Of a DNA stretch of 64,000 nucleotides, positions 18,836-33,460 are shown one piece after another. The position numbers and the translations under genes are program-made. The first letter of the stretch is position 1. Each line of letters starts with the position of its first letter. This DNA is from Chrysomallon squamiferum (Eukaryota > Animalia > Mollusca): NCBI GenBank assembly GCA_012295275.1, contig CM022672.1:1612001-1676000 (forward strand), in the 5' to 3' direction. Under the pieces are notes generated by a model, which saw only the letters and a list, made by a program, of their open reading frames with translations, was not told where the DNA came from and made no database searches.

Positions 18836-19419
18836 AAGAATTTCAAGAAATATGTGTAAATTTAATATAAATTCTATTTTCACCATATTGTTATGATAAA
18901 TGTTGAAGGCTCATTTTCTGTATCAGAATTATGCTCAAACAAGACACTTAGAGCATGTGATTTGATTCGTGATGATACTTTAATGTGCATTTCCAACAGT
19001 TTCAGATGTCAAAACCAAAGAAATAGAGGTCCATGAACATGAACTAAAACCTCAGTTAATAACTCTGTTTATATAAAATATGTGTAAATTTAATATATAT
19101 ATTTTCATAATTGTAATTGTATAAGCTCTTTCTCTGTATCAGAATTATGCTCAGACAAGAATCACAAATATAACTGATACATAGATCATTCTGTATGATT
19201 ACCAATCACATCTTAGTGCATAAAATATAAACTATAAACATAGTCTGATAACACTGTCTTAATTACATAGAACAGTTTATCGATTAAATTATACAAGAAT
19301 GAAATGAACTGAACTTCTTCATCTCAGTAACACATGAATAAATATTTGTTATAAAATTTAAGCGAAGAATTTTAACATCATTAAGTTGGATAAAGAAAAT
19401 GAAGTTTTATGTATATCTG

Positions 19420-19425
19420 AATAAA
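19420..19425 (+). terminator. Candidate polyadenylation signal of SLC23-B
   Basis: AATAAA followed by a strong GT-rich element (tgttgtttggttatttttggtggtttgtt). Confidence 0.45.
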
Positions 19426-20223
19426 TGAATGAATACATGTTGTTTGGTTATTTTTGGTGGTTTGTTTTGTACAGAAAATCCACTGTACTCAGTCTGCAGG
19501 CTTTTCACATCAAGGGACATTTTGTATTCTTATTCCCATGAACAGAACACAAACAGGTTGTGGATAAACATGACAAGAAAAACATGCAGGAATAGGGCAT
19601 GGGCTGAAAAAGGAAAACAGCCTAACTCAGATGCAAGGATGATCAATACTTTACCTTGCAAACCACAGAATCCACCTTCTTGTAAAAATGTATGAGATAA
19701 TTTTAATGTGAAGACTCATATAATCATCATTATCAGAAAAAGAATAAAAAATATCCTAAATTTATTTATTTATATCAATTCCTAATTTAAATACAAATCT
19801 TAACAGGTTGTAAGGATTATGAGTGAAATGATCTTGACAAAAAAACTGACTACATTGAAAACATCACAATCAATTTAAATTGTAATAATTTAACTAACAT
19901 TTTTTTTTTTTTTTAAATGGAAGAATTTCTTTTAACATTTCCTGAGACCAATATGGAAACTTACTTCCACTGACATTATGCGGTCAAATTTGTTTTAAAA
20001 TAAATAAATTTATTTCATCAGAAAAACAAAATATGAAATTAAAAGAAAAGAAGGATAATTACATTTTTATATTAAAACACTGTTTAATATGACAGTTGCT
20101 CATTAATGCAGTGCTGTTTATTTTGATCAGAATGCTGAAAGTGTCAGTATGTTTGAGTATCAAGTGCAGTATGGTAACTTGTCAGAAGTGCAGTGTGTCT
20201 ATGACTCTGTTCACATTCTGTGG

Positions 20224-21242
20224 TCAAGTCACAAGTCCAGTGTACTGTTCACTGATCTCCCAGAGTTTCTTTGCCAAACCCTCGTCCTTGGACGAACGGC
20301 TAGCACTGCCGTCTGCTTCTTTACAGTTAGCAAAGTATTTGCCTGAGACAGCCTCAACCTCCTCGCTTACAGCACAGTGGATGGAGGTCTGGGCACCCTC
20401 CTCAGCACTCTTATAAAAAATTTAAAAAAATAGATTTTTATTGTTTTAATTGCTAGGTTTTTTTTGTAACTGTCATGTATGGATGACATCTTAAACAGAT
20501 AAAATAATAAAACTAAATAACAACAGCAATATGAACAGCAGCAGTAACAACAACAACAGCAACAAAACTAATAATAGTAACTGTAATAATAATAATAATA
20601 ATGAGACACTTTAGACAAGCCTCTTCAGTGAAATCAGAGATTTTATGACAGAAGAAATGGATTTGGACACATCTCTAAACTATTGGAAAACTTTAGAGAC
20701 TTTATTTAAAAAATGCCAACAAAGTATAATGTTATAATAAGTGAAGTGAACAATCATAAAGGTCCATTTTGACATGCAACAGCTATTTCTGTCATACACA
20801 CTTCATAATATCAGTATCACACACGTATATGTTAAAAACAGGCTTATTTGCAGCATCTTACCATAGAAAACAAAGTTATAATCCAAGTGAGAATTAGTGG
20901 TAAATGCTGGAAAAGCTGTGTCCTTGATGTGCCAGGATGTATACAGTTAGCAGTCACACCTGTAATTTAAAATACAGGTAACAGTCTAGGTATAACATGT
21001 TTAGCAATTTTTGTAGTTTTAAAAAAGACACGATTGGGCATACAACTAACTTAAGATAGAGAAAGGAACAGAGAGAAAGCAGAGAAGACATAAACATTAC
21101 AGCATAATATTATTAAAAACAGCTCAAATAAATGATTAATAGGTCAAAATAATTATGAATAAGTCAAATGTCGATTAAATAAAAGAATTTAATTAAATAT
21201 TTTCCTTTATAAATATAGGTAAATAATATGTCTGAACATGTA

Positions 21243-21283
<41 letters not shown>

Positions 21284-21670
21284 ATATATATAAATTACCT
21301 GTTCCTTCAAGTTTTCTTGCCAACTCCTTTGTAAAGAGAATATTGGCAAGTTTGGTATTTTGGTATTGTCTGTTCTTAGAAAATGATTTTTCTGCACGCA
21401 GATTGTCAAATTCTATCTTCCCCATTTTGTGTGCCAGTGATGAAAGAACAATAATCCTACTAGGTGCTGATTTTTTCAGTAAGTCTGAAATTATGAAAAA
21501 AACATAATAATAAAACTTAAAACCAAGAGTGAAAAATAATTAATGAATGTAAGTGGAAAACAAGAGGCCAGAAGAGATGAAGAATGTCTGTTAGTATATG
21601 CGTTTTGAGTGTGTGGGTGTGTGTGTGTGTGTGTGTGTGCATGTTGTGCTTCTGAATACATCTTTTATGC

Positions 21671-21708
<38 letters not shown>

Positions 21709-22222
21709 ATGTGTGTTTGTGTGTGTGCATGTTGTGCCTCTGAATACGTTTTATGTAGGTGTGTATGTGTGTGTGTGTGTGCATACATGTGTGTTTTGTG
21801 TTCATGTAAGTATGTGTTGTGTGCATGTGTTTACTGTCTGTGGGTGTATGTAAGCAGTGCCTGTGTATATGTGTGTATGTGTGTGTTTATTTGTGTGTGT
21901 TTTAGTATCACATCATAGATTAAATGCTACTTTGAAAAACAATATACATACAGAGTAAAAGGTATGCTAAAATTTAATACAAATTCATTAAACTCTTTCT
22001 TAATTATTCAGTATTAAACAACTCAGAAATCAGACAGAGGTGAAAAATAAGTTAAAATTGAAAAAGAAAAAGAAATGAGATGTTACCTAGTAACAGGTTG
22101 GTCAGAAGAAATGGACCAAAGTGATTTGAAGCATACATAAATTCTAAACCTTCATCTGTGATTGTCCTGTCCATACCTATAATAACAAAAACAATAACAA
22201 TAACAATAACAATAACAATAAA

Positions 22223-22269
<47 letters not shown>

Positions 22270-23570
22270 TAATAATAATGATAATAATAATAAATATAAT
22301 AATCATCGTAATAATATACATTAATAACACTAACAGCAACAATACTGTTATCAGTGTGAAAAGTAATACAATAATAATAATAATAAATATAATAATCATA
22401 ATAATAATATACATTAATAATACTACCAGTCATGTTTATCTGTGTTTGTATTTATCTCTTTTCTGTATATATATATATATATATAAATACAAACACACAC
22501 AAAATGATTCATATACAGAGACACACATACAAATGTGTATATTTGAAAGAGTGCCTGTGTGTGTGTGTGTGTGTGTGTGTGAGTGTGTCTAAATAATAAC
22601 ACAGATAAAAAAGTAATAATAAATACACCACCTAAAACACCAGCATTATTAACCAGAATATCAAGTCTCTCTTCTTCATTTATAACTTCATCAGCAAATT
22701 TCCTCACAGACTTCAACGAGCTCAAGTCTAGATGTTTAACAACAACATTTTTATTTCCTGTCTCAGCCTTTATTTTCTCACTGGCTTCCATCGCCTTCTC
22801 CATGTTGCGACAGGCTAGAATCACTCTTGCATTGCGCTTTGCTAAATCCAGTGCTGTGAAGAAGCCTATACCTTTAAAATAAATATTAAATATTAAACAA
22901 AAAAAACACAAAAACAAACAAACAACTAATCTATTAAACAGTAATAATCAATATAAATTGTGTTATCTACAGATCACAGTTCAAAAATGTTTTGTTTTTT
23001 TTGACTGATTTACACTGGTATGTGATGATTAAATTCTGAAGCTCATCCTGAAATATTCATTTTAAAATCTTCATATTACTAGCAGCTAATCTCCAGATAG
23101 CATTTATGCATTTTAACATGGATACTGGTGAGAAAGAGATGAAGAGAGAGAGAAAGAGAGAGAGGGGGTGGAAAATGCACTAATAATAATGCATACATAA
23201 ACTACATACTGACTGCCTGAATGTCTAATGAGCTACACATTATTAACAAAAACAACATATGAAAGATATGTGATTGCAAAAATATTAATCACTTCAATGT
23301 AACCATTTTGTTAATATTTGAAATTTTTAACTCTTTGGATTCATAGAAAACAATGAAGAGAAATACATCCCTTTAACTAAACAGATCATTATTTACAAGA
23401 TAAAGATGTAAATGATGTAATATACACTCACCTGAATTGGCGCCTGTCACAACTGCAGTTTTTCCTGTCAAATCTGTTTTGCATGTGCATCTCGCTATGC
23501 CCATCTTTGAAAAAATAACAGCAGCAACTGCAACAGCTAATACAGCCAATGCAAACCAGATATACAGCAT
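20224..23570 (-). CDS. Retinol dehydrogenase 11/12/13/14-like short-chain dehydrogenase/reductase, 312 aa, N-terminal membrane anchor
   Basis: Exons (minus) 23570-23432, 22871-22632, 22176-22087, 21484-21299, 20959-20862, 20409-20224 total 939 nt, all GT-AG with consistent phases. Motifs: TGANSGIG (TGxxxGIG), ILACRN (basic residue suggesting NADP(H)), [30 protein letters not shown], catalytic YQNTK (YxxxK), [27 protein letters not shown]. Confidence 0.93.
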
Positions 23571-23859
23571 AGCGTTGAGAGATGTGACTGTGAATTATGA
23601 AAATGTTACATTTATAATCTACAGTATAAATTATATGCACATGTAAAATTTTACAGGATTATTTTATCACCACCACCATCATAATGATCATTTTTATCAT
23701 TTTAATTTATTATTTAATAAATTATATTTAAGATCTAATAGAAAATTATAATGAAATAATTAGTTATATAATACTGATCATAATGGATGATGCCAAGGGT
23801 ATAATGTTAATTAAAAGTTTATGTCCTGTCAACGTAAATGATCTAAATGGATTGAGCCT

Positions 23860-24170
23860 TAAAGCGGCCGAAGTAACAACAGACGACCCAATTTGAGCTT
23901 TCTTATGCTGCCTGTGAAACGAAAAAGCCAATGACATTAATACGTTTCGTTAGAAAAAACCCCAAATACAAATGGTAAGTGCACGAAGTATACAGATACT
24001 GTTGCCTTCTGCTTAAATTTCTTACTTTGTTAATATTTACAATCAGAAAGCGAGATCAAAGTTCACAATCGTACGATGGTTACGTTCCACCACCTTCCGT
24101 GTTTTGTTTTCGTCCATTTTTCAAAGCGGCATCGGTCACGCCGAGACGAAAACTAACGTTTGAAACGTTT
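23860..24170 (-). promoter_or_regulatory. Probable promoter and non-coding first exon of the RDH-like gene
   Basis: CpG-containing segment directly upstream of the CpG-depleted gene body, with a minus-strand donor-like AA|GTAAG near 24021-24027. Confidence 0.4.
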
Positions 24171-25806
24171 CATAATGTATTTAACACTGTTTTTATTTTG
24201 TATTGTTTGTTTAAACGTCTGTAGAACCATATGCATGTTCCATCAGCTCTGTATTTCCTTTTGATTATGTTTCTTTAAGATAGTTTTCATTTATTTAATT
24301 AATCAACACAAGCAGATCAATTTAAAACAACCAGAACAACCGCCTTCACCAGTATCTTTTCTTCCAAACACTTTCCCTTTATAACAATGATGACGGGCCT
24401 TTTATAAAGTGACCGAAAGAATGAGCGAGACAGACAGACAGATAGAGAAAGAGACAGTTAGTGCACAGGTAATTTTAGATAGAGAAAGCACAATCAAATA
24501 GAATTCAACAAAGTGTTGACACTGATGATTCCAATGGGTTTATTATGTTACCTGCGTCAGCTTGTTACTGATCCCTATCTTTTTTCACCCCGATTCTGTC
24601 GTCGTCATATTTACCTTGTCTGGTCTGTTGACGCTGCTGATGTTGAGGTCTGGTAACAGATTAGAATTTAGAAGATCACCTGACAAGGAAGGTAAACAAA
24701 TAACAGCTTGCAAATGATTGTATCAAATTGTTTTCTCTTGTTTTAATATTTAATACTGCTGTTACAGTTATTATCATATTTTATCTATTTATTTTCTTTT
24801 ATGACATTTCATGAGTAATAATACTTTTTTGAATCTTAAACTGTCAGGACTTTATGTTTTATTTTTGTATATTATTATCATCATCATCATCATCATTATT
24901 ATTATTATATTTTTCTGAGTTCTTTCTCTTTTTCTATGATCTTTTCAACCTTTTATTTTCTGTTTTTCTCTTTGTCTGTCTTCCTGTTTGAAGTAGGTAA
25001 TACTTTCTGTATATACCTTAACTATTTCACTGTATTATTATAAGGTTACTAAAGCATTACTTTACAGGTATAGAACATCAGCTTCCTGCCGAGCAATTTT
25101 AAACAAGTGTTTATAACGAGGTGAACATCAGATTACTGGATAAGAAAAAGCTTTGACATTTCCTTGCATTAAAAGACAAATATAAATTCTGTTCAGGTTA
25201 TTATACACTTCACATTATAGAATATACCTATTATGAAATATACACACACAAATGTATTTTTGGGAGTAACAATGGATGTAAACGAGAGATGAAGAATGAC
25301 CTCCACCCACCTGTACAGGTAATGATTTGTGCTGAATGTCAGCGACAGAGCGAAGGCTTTGGGTTGACGGGTCACTGGATCAAGCCTGTGTGACTCTATC
25401 CTTTTCAATATTTCCCGTTCTAACATTCACTGTTTCATCTTGGGATAAGCGTGTGAAAAGATTCCTTGATGTTAATTGACAATAATCGTTCATATAGGAA
25501 TTGCGTTTGACATATAATAATCTTTATATTAAAATATGTGAGTGTGGTGCTAAAGTCATTCACCTGTTTTATCTTTCGGTTCGTATCATGCGATAGTTTC
25601 ACGAAATTTTCTGTTTATCCAATGCAACCAAAATACTGAGATATTCGAACAATCCAACTTAACAACACAAAGATATATATATATATATATATATTGTATA
25701 TATTTTTTTATTTAGTGTATCCTATAAAAACTAATAATAATTATAATGCGATGATGATTACGATGATGAGATGATAATGGTGATGATGATGACCTCTCTC
25801 CTACTC

Positions 25807-25893
<87 letters not shown>

Positions 25894-26463
25894 TATTTGT
25901 CCCTATTTTTTTTCTCATTTACTTACGACAAGAATGAATTAATGTCTTATAACAAATCTAGAACCATTACTTCAATCGATGGGAAAAAAAGCAGATTTGC
26001 GTATCATAACAATTTGCCTGACTATAATTCGATTTAACACAGGGGCCTTTTACATTAGCTTAACGTTTTGTAATTTGTGAAAAGAAAAGCCCCAAAACAA
26101 TAAACATTAGATGATTGATGATTAAGAAAGAAACAATATGTAAAAAGAAATAGATGAAAAGAAAAGGCTGATAGAAAAAAAAGAAAAAGAGTCAGTATGA
26201 AACACAGTTTTACATATATATATAAATTCATAGTTAAAGCGACAAATGGAAGGATGGATGGATGTATTTATCCTTTGTTCACAATAAAGGAGGAACAGAG
26301 CTATATACAGATAGACAGATAGATAGATAGATAGATAGATAGTACGATCTGTGATTTTGGAGAGGGAGGATTATGCAATATAACAAATATTATACTTGTT
26401 ACTATCTTCGATTTTTTTTTTCTATGTTGTTGTTCTTCGTTTATTTTGGTGTTTCTTTTTTTT

Positions 26464-26518
<55 letters not shown>

Positions 26519-26857
26519 TTTTTTTTATTTATATTATTATTTTTTTTTTCATTTACCTTATTTTTTTTTTTTTCGTGAATAGAAATCCGATATGAAAATG
26601 AAGATAACTAAATAAGGTAATAAAATAATAAAAAAAAGCATTTCGGTGAATAAACTTGTCTGTATTAAACGCTAACTGATGGAATGATTGTTCAAGATCT
26701 CAAACTCAGATTACTGTCAAGTGTGTGATGTATAAATTATATGTTCGTGGTAAGAAAAACATCACAGACCGTCATTTTGCAAGACCTTGGATCTATTTCT
26801 TATTCTAGTCAAAGATCTTGACTGGTGTATCATAGATGTTTTTTGCAGGCTATCCGC

Positions 26858-26892
<35 letters not shown>

Positions 26893-27691
26893 ATGTATGT
26901 ATCATGCAGGCATATGTATGTGTATATATACGTTCTTACTAATAATATATGTTTGTACAAAGGTTTGTACATACGAATATTTGTATGTATATATAGTTAT
27001 AAATATTTATAGATACAAACATATTGTCAAACGCAGCAGTAAATGAATTTTTAATGAAAGTTTGGGTCTATATCCTTATATCTGTTCTTCTGTTTGTGTC
27101 TCTGTGTTGTTTTGTTTGTGTGTGAATAATGACTACATTATTATGTTTCAAACACAAAACGAGATTTTTTTTTTTTTTTCGTTACTCTTTCTTCTTCTGC
27201 TTTCAGAAAACAACAAAAAGGTCAAAAGTAAATTATGAATCAATAAATAAACTATAATCGATATCATTTAAAGAAATTTCACAGGATTCCTTGTTGATTA
27301 TTATAGGGAAAATGTTCTGATCTGCAACTAACAATTTTACTGTATATTTCTATAATAACGATTTACATTTTATTGTACAGATACAGAAGATAAAACTTTA
27401 TATGTCAAAGAATCCACAAAGTGTCATTTAAATAAAAGAAAGCTGATAAAAAATGTCAGTCACTGGTTTATGTTATTTTTAATATCTTTTTACTTTTCTG
27501 TTTTCTTCTTCAGTAGCTTTGTTCTGTGATATGTTGGAAACATCGACGTTCCTAATCGCTCTGCAACAAGCAAAATAATCATTTATGTAATAATAAGCGT
27601 TCGTGCAAAAATAAACCGAGTCACTATTCATTATTTATTCATGTATTCTCTCAATATTTCCCTTCTTAGTCACATTTAACAGTCATTAATA

Positions 27692-27757
<66 letters not shown>

Positions 27758-27892
27758 ATTGCTTGTTTTTTGGAGATAATACTACACTGGGATTTTGCTA
27801 ATAATCCATTCATTCATTCTCTCATTATTCTCTGGTTCATTAATTGTTTCTCTCTCAGTCTATATTCAGCCCTACCCCTTCTCTCTCCAACC

Positions 27893-28050
<158 letters not shown>

Positions 28051-28542
28051 TTAAGGAATATTTCTCTTCTTTCCTTTCCTCTTCTTCTTCTTGTTGCTGT
28101 ATTGATTTACGTTACAGTTTTATATTTTGTGACTGTAAGTGCAGCAAGCGAGTGGGTGAACTTTTAACGGCGACAGTGTTGTTGCACTTTCAAAGTGAAA
28201 ATTATCTAAATCACGTAGAAGTTTATGACGGCTCACAATCTGATTGCAGTCTCAGTTTCTTTACACCGAAGATGCCAAAGGTTTCCTGTCCTTTAAGTCG
28301 CATTTTTTTTTTTTTTTTTTATTAACTAACGTTAGTGAAAGGAATGTTGATGATTTGGCGACATTCAGGTTTCTGAAATGTTTGAGTAGCAAAAAAATAA
28401 TTCTTACGGACAAAAGAAAATTATTATCTATTTTTGTTTATAGATAATTATTTTAAAGAATGGAGGCATGTAGTGACTGATTTGTATTTATTTTTTTCAC
28501 TAGGTATTTGCTAAATCGTAGTTTTGCTTTGTTTATTGTTTA

Positions 28543-28621
<79 letters not shown>

Positions 28622-30224
28622 TATATATAAACATCTTTACTATCTTTATTATTTATCATATACAATGAAAAAAACCACCTTCGTATTGTGGAGATATACC
28701 GAATCATATCGCAACAGAAATTTAAAGAAAAGAACCATTCTCTAAACCATCCCGAAATAACTCGACAATTTCTACAAACAGGAAATCACGTTTCTAGACA
28801 CTGTTACTGATACAGTTCTCTCTGATGACAAAAGTGCTACAGTGCGTGGTTTTTCAAACAACTAACTTTTTTTCTTCTCCAACAATCGGCTAATTTACTC
28901 TGAATACACGTCTGTGACGGAAAACTTTACAAGGCGGGAATTACATTACTCAGACCTAATCAGTCACGTGACAAACGTGATTTCTTTGAAAATTGGCCAC
29001 TTCATATTGTTTGTTAATGCCAAGAGAGTAGGTTCTTTTTTCTTTTTCTTTTCTTTTTATTATTATTCTTTTTTTCTTTTTTCTTTTTTTGGGGGAGGTG
29101 GGGGTGGGAGCGGCTTTCCTTTCTCATACTTTCTCAAAATTTCATTATGCCAAAAAATCAACAGCTTAAAATTATAAAAATATATATAAATAAATAAACT
29201 ATTCGTATTTTTTCTTTCTCATAAAACCGTACATTTTTCTCAACTACAATCTAAAGCTTCAAACATGTTTTTGCATCGAAATATGCTTAATTTGGGGGTT
29301 TCTTTTTTTTTTCTTTTTTTTCTTTTTTAACTTTTTTTTTCAACTCTTCCGTGGTGAATTTTTTTTTTATTTCTTGTCTGCAAGTTCGTAAATTCCTGCA
29401 ATAAACTATAAAAATAATTACTATGATAACTGCATCAGACACATCCATCAGCAGTAACCAAACAAACGTACGTAAGCACTGGTGCGACATTAACAATAGC
29501 TTAACAATAGGAGAAGAAGAGACAAAAAAAAAAGTATTTTTCAAATTGCATCCATCTTTACGATTTCGTCCTCCTTTTCTGAAACTCTAGATGATCTTCG
29601 GCAATTACATTCATAAGGAGAATTGTTGGATATTAGAGTTTCAGGGGTGTTAACAAGGATCAAAATCCATTTATGCCGTAACCACTATTCCTGTTATCAT
29701 CACTGCCACTGTGTCCGCAGAATAATTAAAATCAGTACTGCTAATGATGATACCCACAACAACAACAACAACAACAACAGCAATAATAACAATAATAATA
29801 ACTATACTTTTCGAAAATAAACTTTTATTCAGCACGATACATTCGAGACATTTACTGAATAACTGAATTTTCACCATCGCTTACAATATAGTTTGTATTA
29901 CACGTTCTTTTCATATGGTTAGATGTTTAACTTTGCTTGTACATTATTATTTATTTGTTTTTTCTTAACTGGCAAAGCAAATCATGCCACAGTAGTAGTA
30001 GTAGTAGTAGTAGTAGTAAAACTAACAGTTATTTATTGTAAAATATTTTGATCAATAAAAGAAACTGAATACAGCTTTTCCAAATTTAAAAAAGAAGAAG
30101 AAAATAAATAAAATATAATATAAATAAATAAATAACAGGAATCTAACTGAACAAAAATCATTTCCACAAATTTCTCTCTCAACTTTTTATTTCTTTCGTT
30201 TAATGTTTGTTAAAACTCAAAGAA

Positions 30225-30551
30225 CTACTTTCCGTAGCGGAACACGTTGGTTTTGGGCTGACTGCCGTCGTTTTGATCGTTCCTGGCGTTGTTGGCGTTC
30301 ATCATCCGTACTGAAGCGGGGGGATAACCCAGGGGGCGTATAAAATTCCTCTTAACTTCCGGCTGCGTCATTGAGTTGAGGATGCGCAGAATGGCGGGCA
30401 GAGACTGTTCGTTGTAGTAGTCCGACTGGTCGCTGCGTTTAAACCGGCCGGACAAGACGTCGCTCTTTTCTTTCGTCTGTAAGGCTGCACCGTGCGCCGA
30501 GAAGCCGGCGAAGGCCACCGCTAGCAGTGCGCATGTTACTAATGACTGCAT
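30225..30551 (-). CDS. NKY: NKY-type (neuropeptide KY / FRYamide) neuropeptide precursor, 108 aa
   Basis: ATG at 30551 follows the acceptor (ctcgctcag|, exon edge 30566). Signal peptide MQSLVTCALLAVAFAGFSAHG, two KR sites, and a final 38-aa peptide NFIRPLGYPPASVRM…TNVFRY followed by G-K-stop (amidation signal). PLGYxPASxR plus FRYamide matches the lophotrochozoan NKY consensus as I recall it. Confidence 0.85.
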   Translation of the reverse strand: MQSLVTCALLAVAFAGFSAHGAALQTKEKSDVLSGRFKRSDQSDYYNEQSLPAILRILNSMTQPEVKRNFIRPLGYPPASVRMMNANNARNDQNDGSQPKTNVFRYGK

Positions 30552-30608
30552 GTCGTTGAGATAACTCTGAGCGAGAAAAACAACAAACAGTTTAATTGTA
30601 TAAAACGC

Positions 30609-30710
<102 letters not shown>

Positions 30711-33269
30711 CTGTTTGAGTGTACGTGCAGATCTGTAAATGGTTATGTAAAACAAAAATTAAACATGAGGGAGTTTCTTAAATCCATACCTAAGCTGAAA
30801 CAGAAGTGTCAAAATTAATGAAGAAGTAATAAAAGTAAGAATTTACTCAGAAATGAAGGATAAACATCAGTCTGAATGGACTTGAAATGAAGTGTTAATA
30901 TTCGAATATGAATATGAGCTTAGATAATGACTCAGGAAAGTTGGCGCTGTCACCTGATTTTCTTAAAGTGAATTTCCGATCCTTTTCATAAAATGAATAA
31001 ATAAATAATTTTGTTTTAAAAATGGTTCATTTTAAAACGAAATAACAATTTAGGTTATCCATTTAAAACTAACAATGCTAATTTATATTATATATAAAGA
31101 GATAATAATTTAACAACAACAATAATAATAATAATGAAGTTAATCAACCAAACTCTACAATACTGCGATGTAATCTATAGCACACCACTGATATTATCCA
31201 AAACATCTGTTGCTTATGTACATATTTATCTGAGTATTTATCAAAACACTCTGCATTCGATTCACCGATATATTAGCATTTTAGATAAATCATAATGGAT
31301 GGAGGCATAAGCATTAGTCCAAATATATTTGTATTGTTGTTGTTATTATTAATGGCGCTGTATTTACTTGACACGAGTATCGTAATAAATAACTTGTTAT
31401 TTTTGTAATCATCAATTCAAAAAGAATTATAGCAATGAAAATTATTCTTTGGAAACAATGAATTAAAAATTTGAGGTTCTAGTATCAGTCAGTGAATTAC
31501 AACTGAAAGGATTCATGTTTTGTAATAAAGTTATCAGCAAGGAGAATTTGTAAATAAAGGAGATAAAAACGAGTAAATTTAAGTTAGTAATGTCTAATTG
31601 AACTCTGGAGTATAAGACAGAACTAAAACCGACAAGAAAGGAAATTTGGAAATGAAGTTTTAACATCAAGTAATTAAGTTTAATATGAAACAGAAAATGA
31701 GGTATAAATTTCAGTAGGGTAATAGTTGTACTGAGTCTCCACAGTGGTAATTCTGAAATAAAGATGATGTATATAATTAATATATTAATATTTAAGTGCT
31801 AGTATCGATAAAACATAAATGGGAGAAAATGGTGTTAGGATCATAAAATAAAGAATTAAAAAAATTATAACCTACCAAGCGAACTGAAAATGATATACTG
31901 TAACTACGACTGAACGAAAAGTTATATTATTAATATCAATAAATCTGGACTGAAAGTGAAGGATAAATAGCAACAAGTTTCATCTAAAAATGAAGTATAA
32001 ATTAAAAAAGGCGATTTAAAATCTTTCACAACGAATTAAAAAAGAAGTATTGTTATTAGTAAATTTTTACCAAAATCGACATCAGTAAAATATAACTGAA
32101 ACTGAACTATTATCTCAAAGATTTGACTGAAACTGAAATATATGTGATCAGTAAAGCGGTTATACATTTGTACTTCTGTCTTTGCGATGAGTTTATATCT
32201 GAGATCCGCTTTAATTAAATTAACGCGAGAAAGAGAAACCGATTCCGTAAGAGCAGTGAGAAACGTTTGCTGAAGCACGTGGTTATTTTCCGTCGTAACT
32301 TTGGGTTGGCAGTATAGGATGAACTGGACGAGTAGAAAATATCAACATTGTCTGTTTGATGCTTCGTGTTCGTTAAAAGTAATTCAAGGAAGAAAAAGAA
32401 AAGATACAGATTTCGTCAGGGAGAAACGGTGTGATTGAGAGAGAGAGAGAGGGAGGGAGAGAAGCAGAGAAAGAGAGACAAAGCATGATGGAGAGAGCTC
32501 ATATTATAAATAATATGGCAGGTATACTGAGTACACATTTGTGTTAAGCCGGTTTATTTTTTATAGTGAAACTTTAGCTTTAAATTGAATTGAAAATAAA
32601 GATGTAATATCCACCGAAAACAGTTTAATGAATATTTGTTACTAAAGGTTATTTGGTGCCAGTCGTTTTGTATCACGATGAACTCAGAAAGGAAAAACGT
32701 TTTAAAACGGGCTATTCTCATCCATCAGCGACACGTGAATTTTCACATGCACAGTCGCTTAGGCAGGACAGCACATACCGATGTAAGTGAGACTAGAAAG
32801 CTAAGTAGTTTAGCATATGAAAGTGAATTGTCACACAGCAGGCTTGTGCTATATCTACAACCCTATTTCCGAAATCGACGAATTATCTTAAAACAGAATT
32901 AATGAACAGTTATCAATTGTTTCCACATAATGAAATTTGTGGGCACGATGTAAAATCGACTGCAGTTTAATCCCAGTAATGAGGATTAAGGCGGAAGCTA
33001 AACCATATTTAGTCAATCGATTCCACGCACATTTTGATTTAATCCGGTACCACCTGGGAAATCTTATTCGCTTTTAATATAATTACATGTTAAAAGTGAC
33101 TATATATACAAGAAACAGTAAGCTGATCTATAAAACTTAACAGTAATTAAAAAAAAAAAAACGATGTGAGAAGGTGAAGAACAAGTAATAATAATGAAGA
33201 GGAAATAATAAGAAAATGAAAAGAACAAAAACTCTGGTGATAATTGTATTTAAAAAAGAAAATAAAGGA

Positions 33270-33460
33270 ATAAAAGAAAATGTATTTATAGCAATAGTTA
33301 TATTTTGTAAAGGACCTTGCAGGTATTTAGAGAGGAAACCTGCTGAAGTTATGCGATAACCGACTTGCTTTGATTGGCAGAAAGGGACCGTTTATACCGA
33401 CCTTCCCACAAACAAAAATACTACAATCGAGTACTGGTTGGAACGAGCAATAACTCAAAC
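33270..33460. mobile_element. Decayed SINE fragment
   Basis: gtaaaggacc…gagaggaaacctgctg…gattggcagaaaggga…cccacaaaca…gagtactggttggaacgagcaataactcaa is similar to 36870-37380 and to a gastropod SINE as I recall it. Confidence 0.5.
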
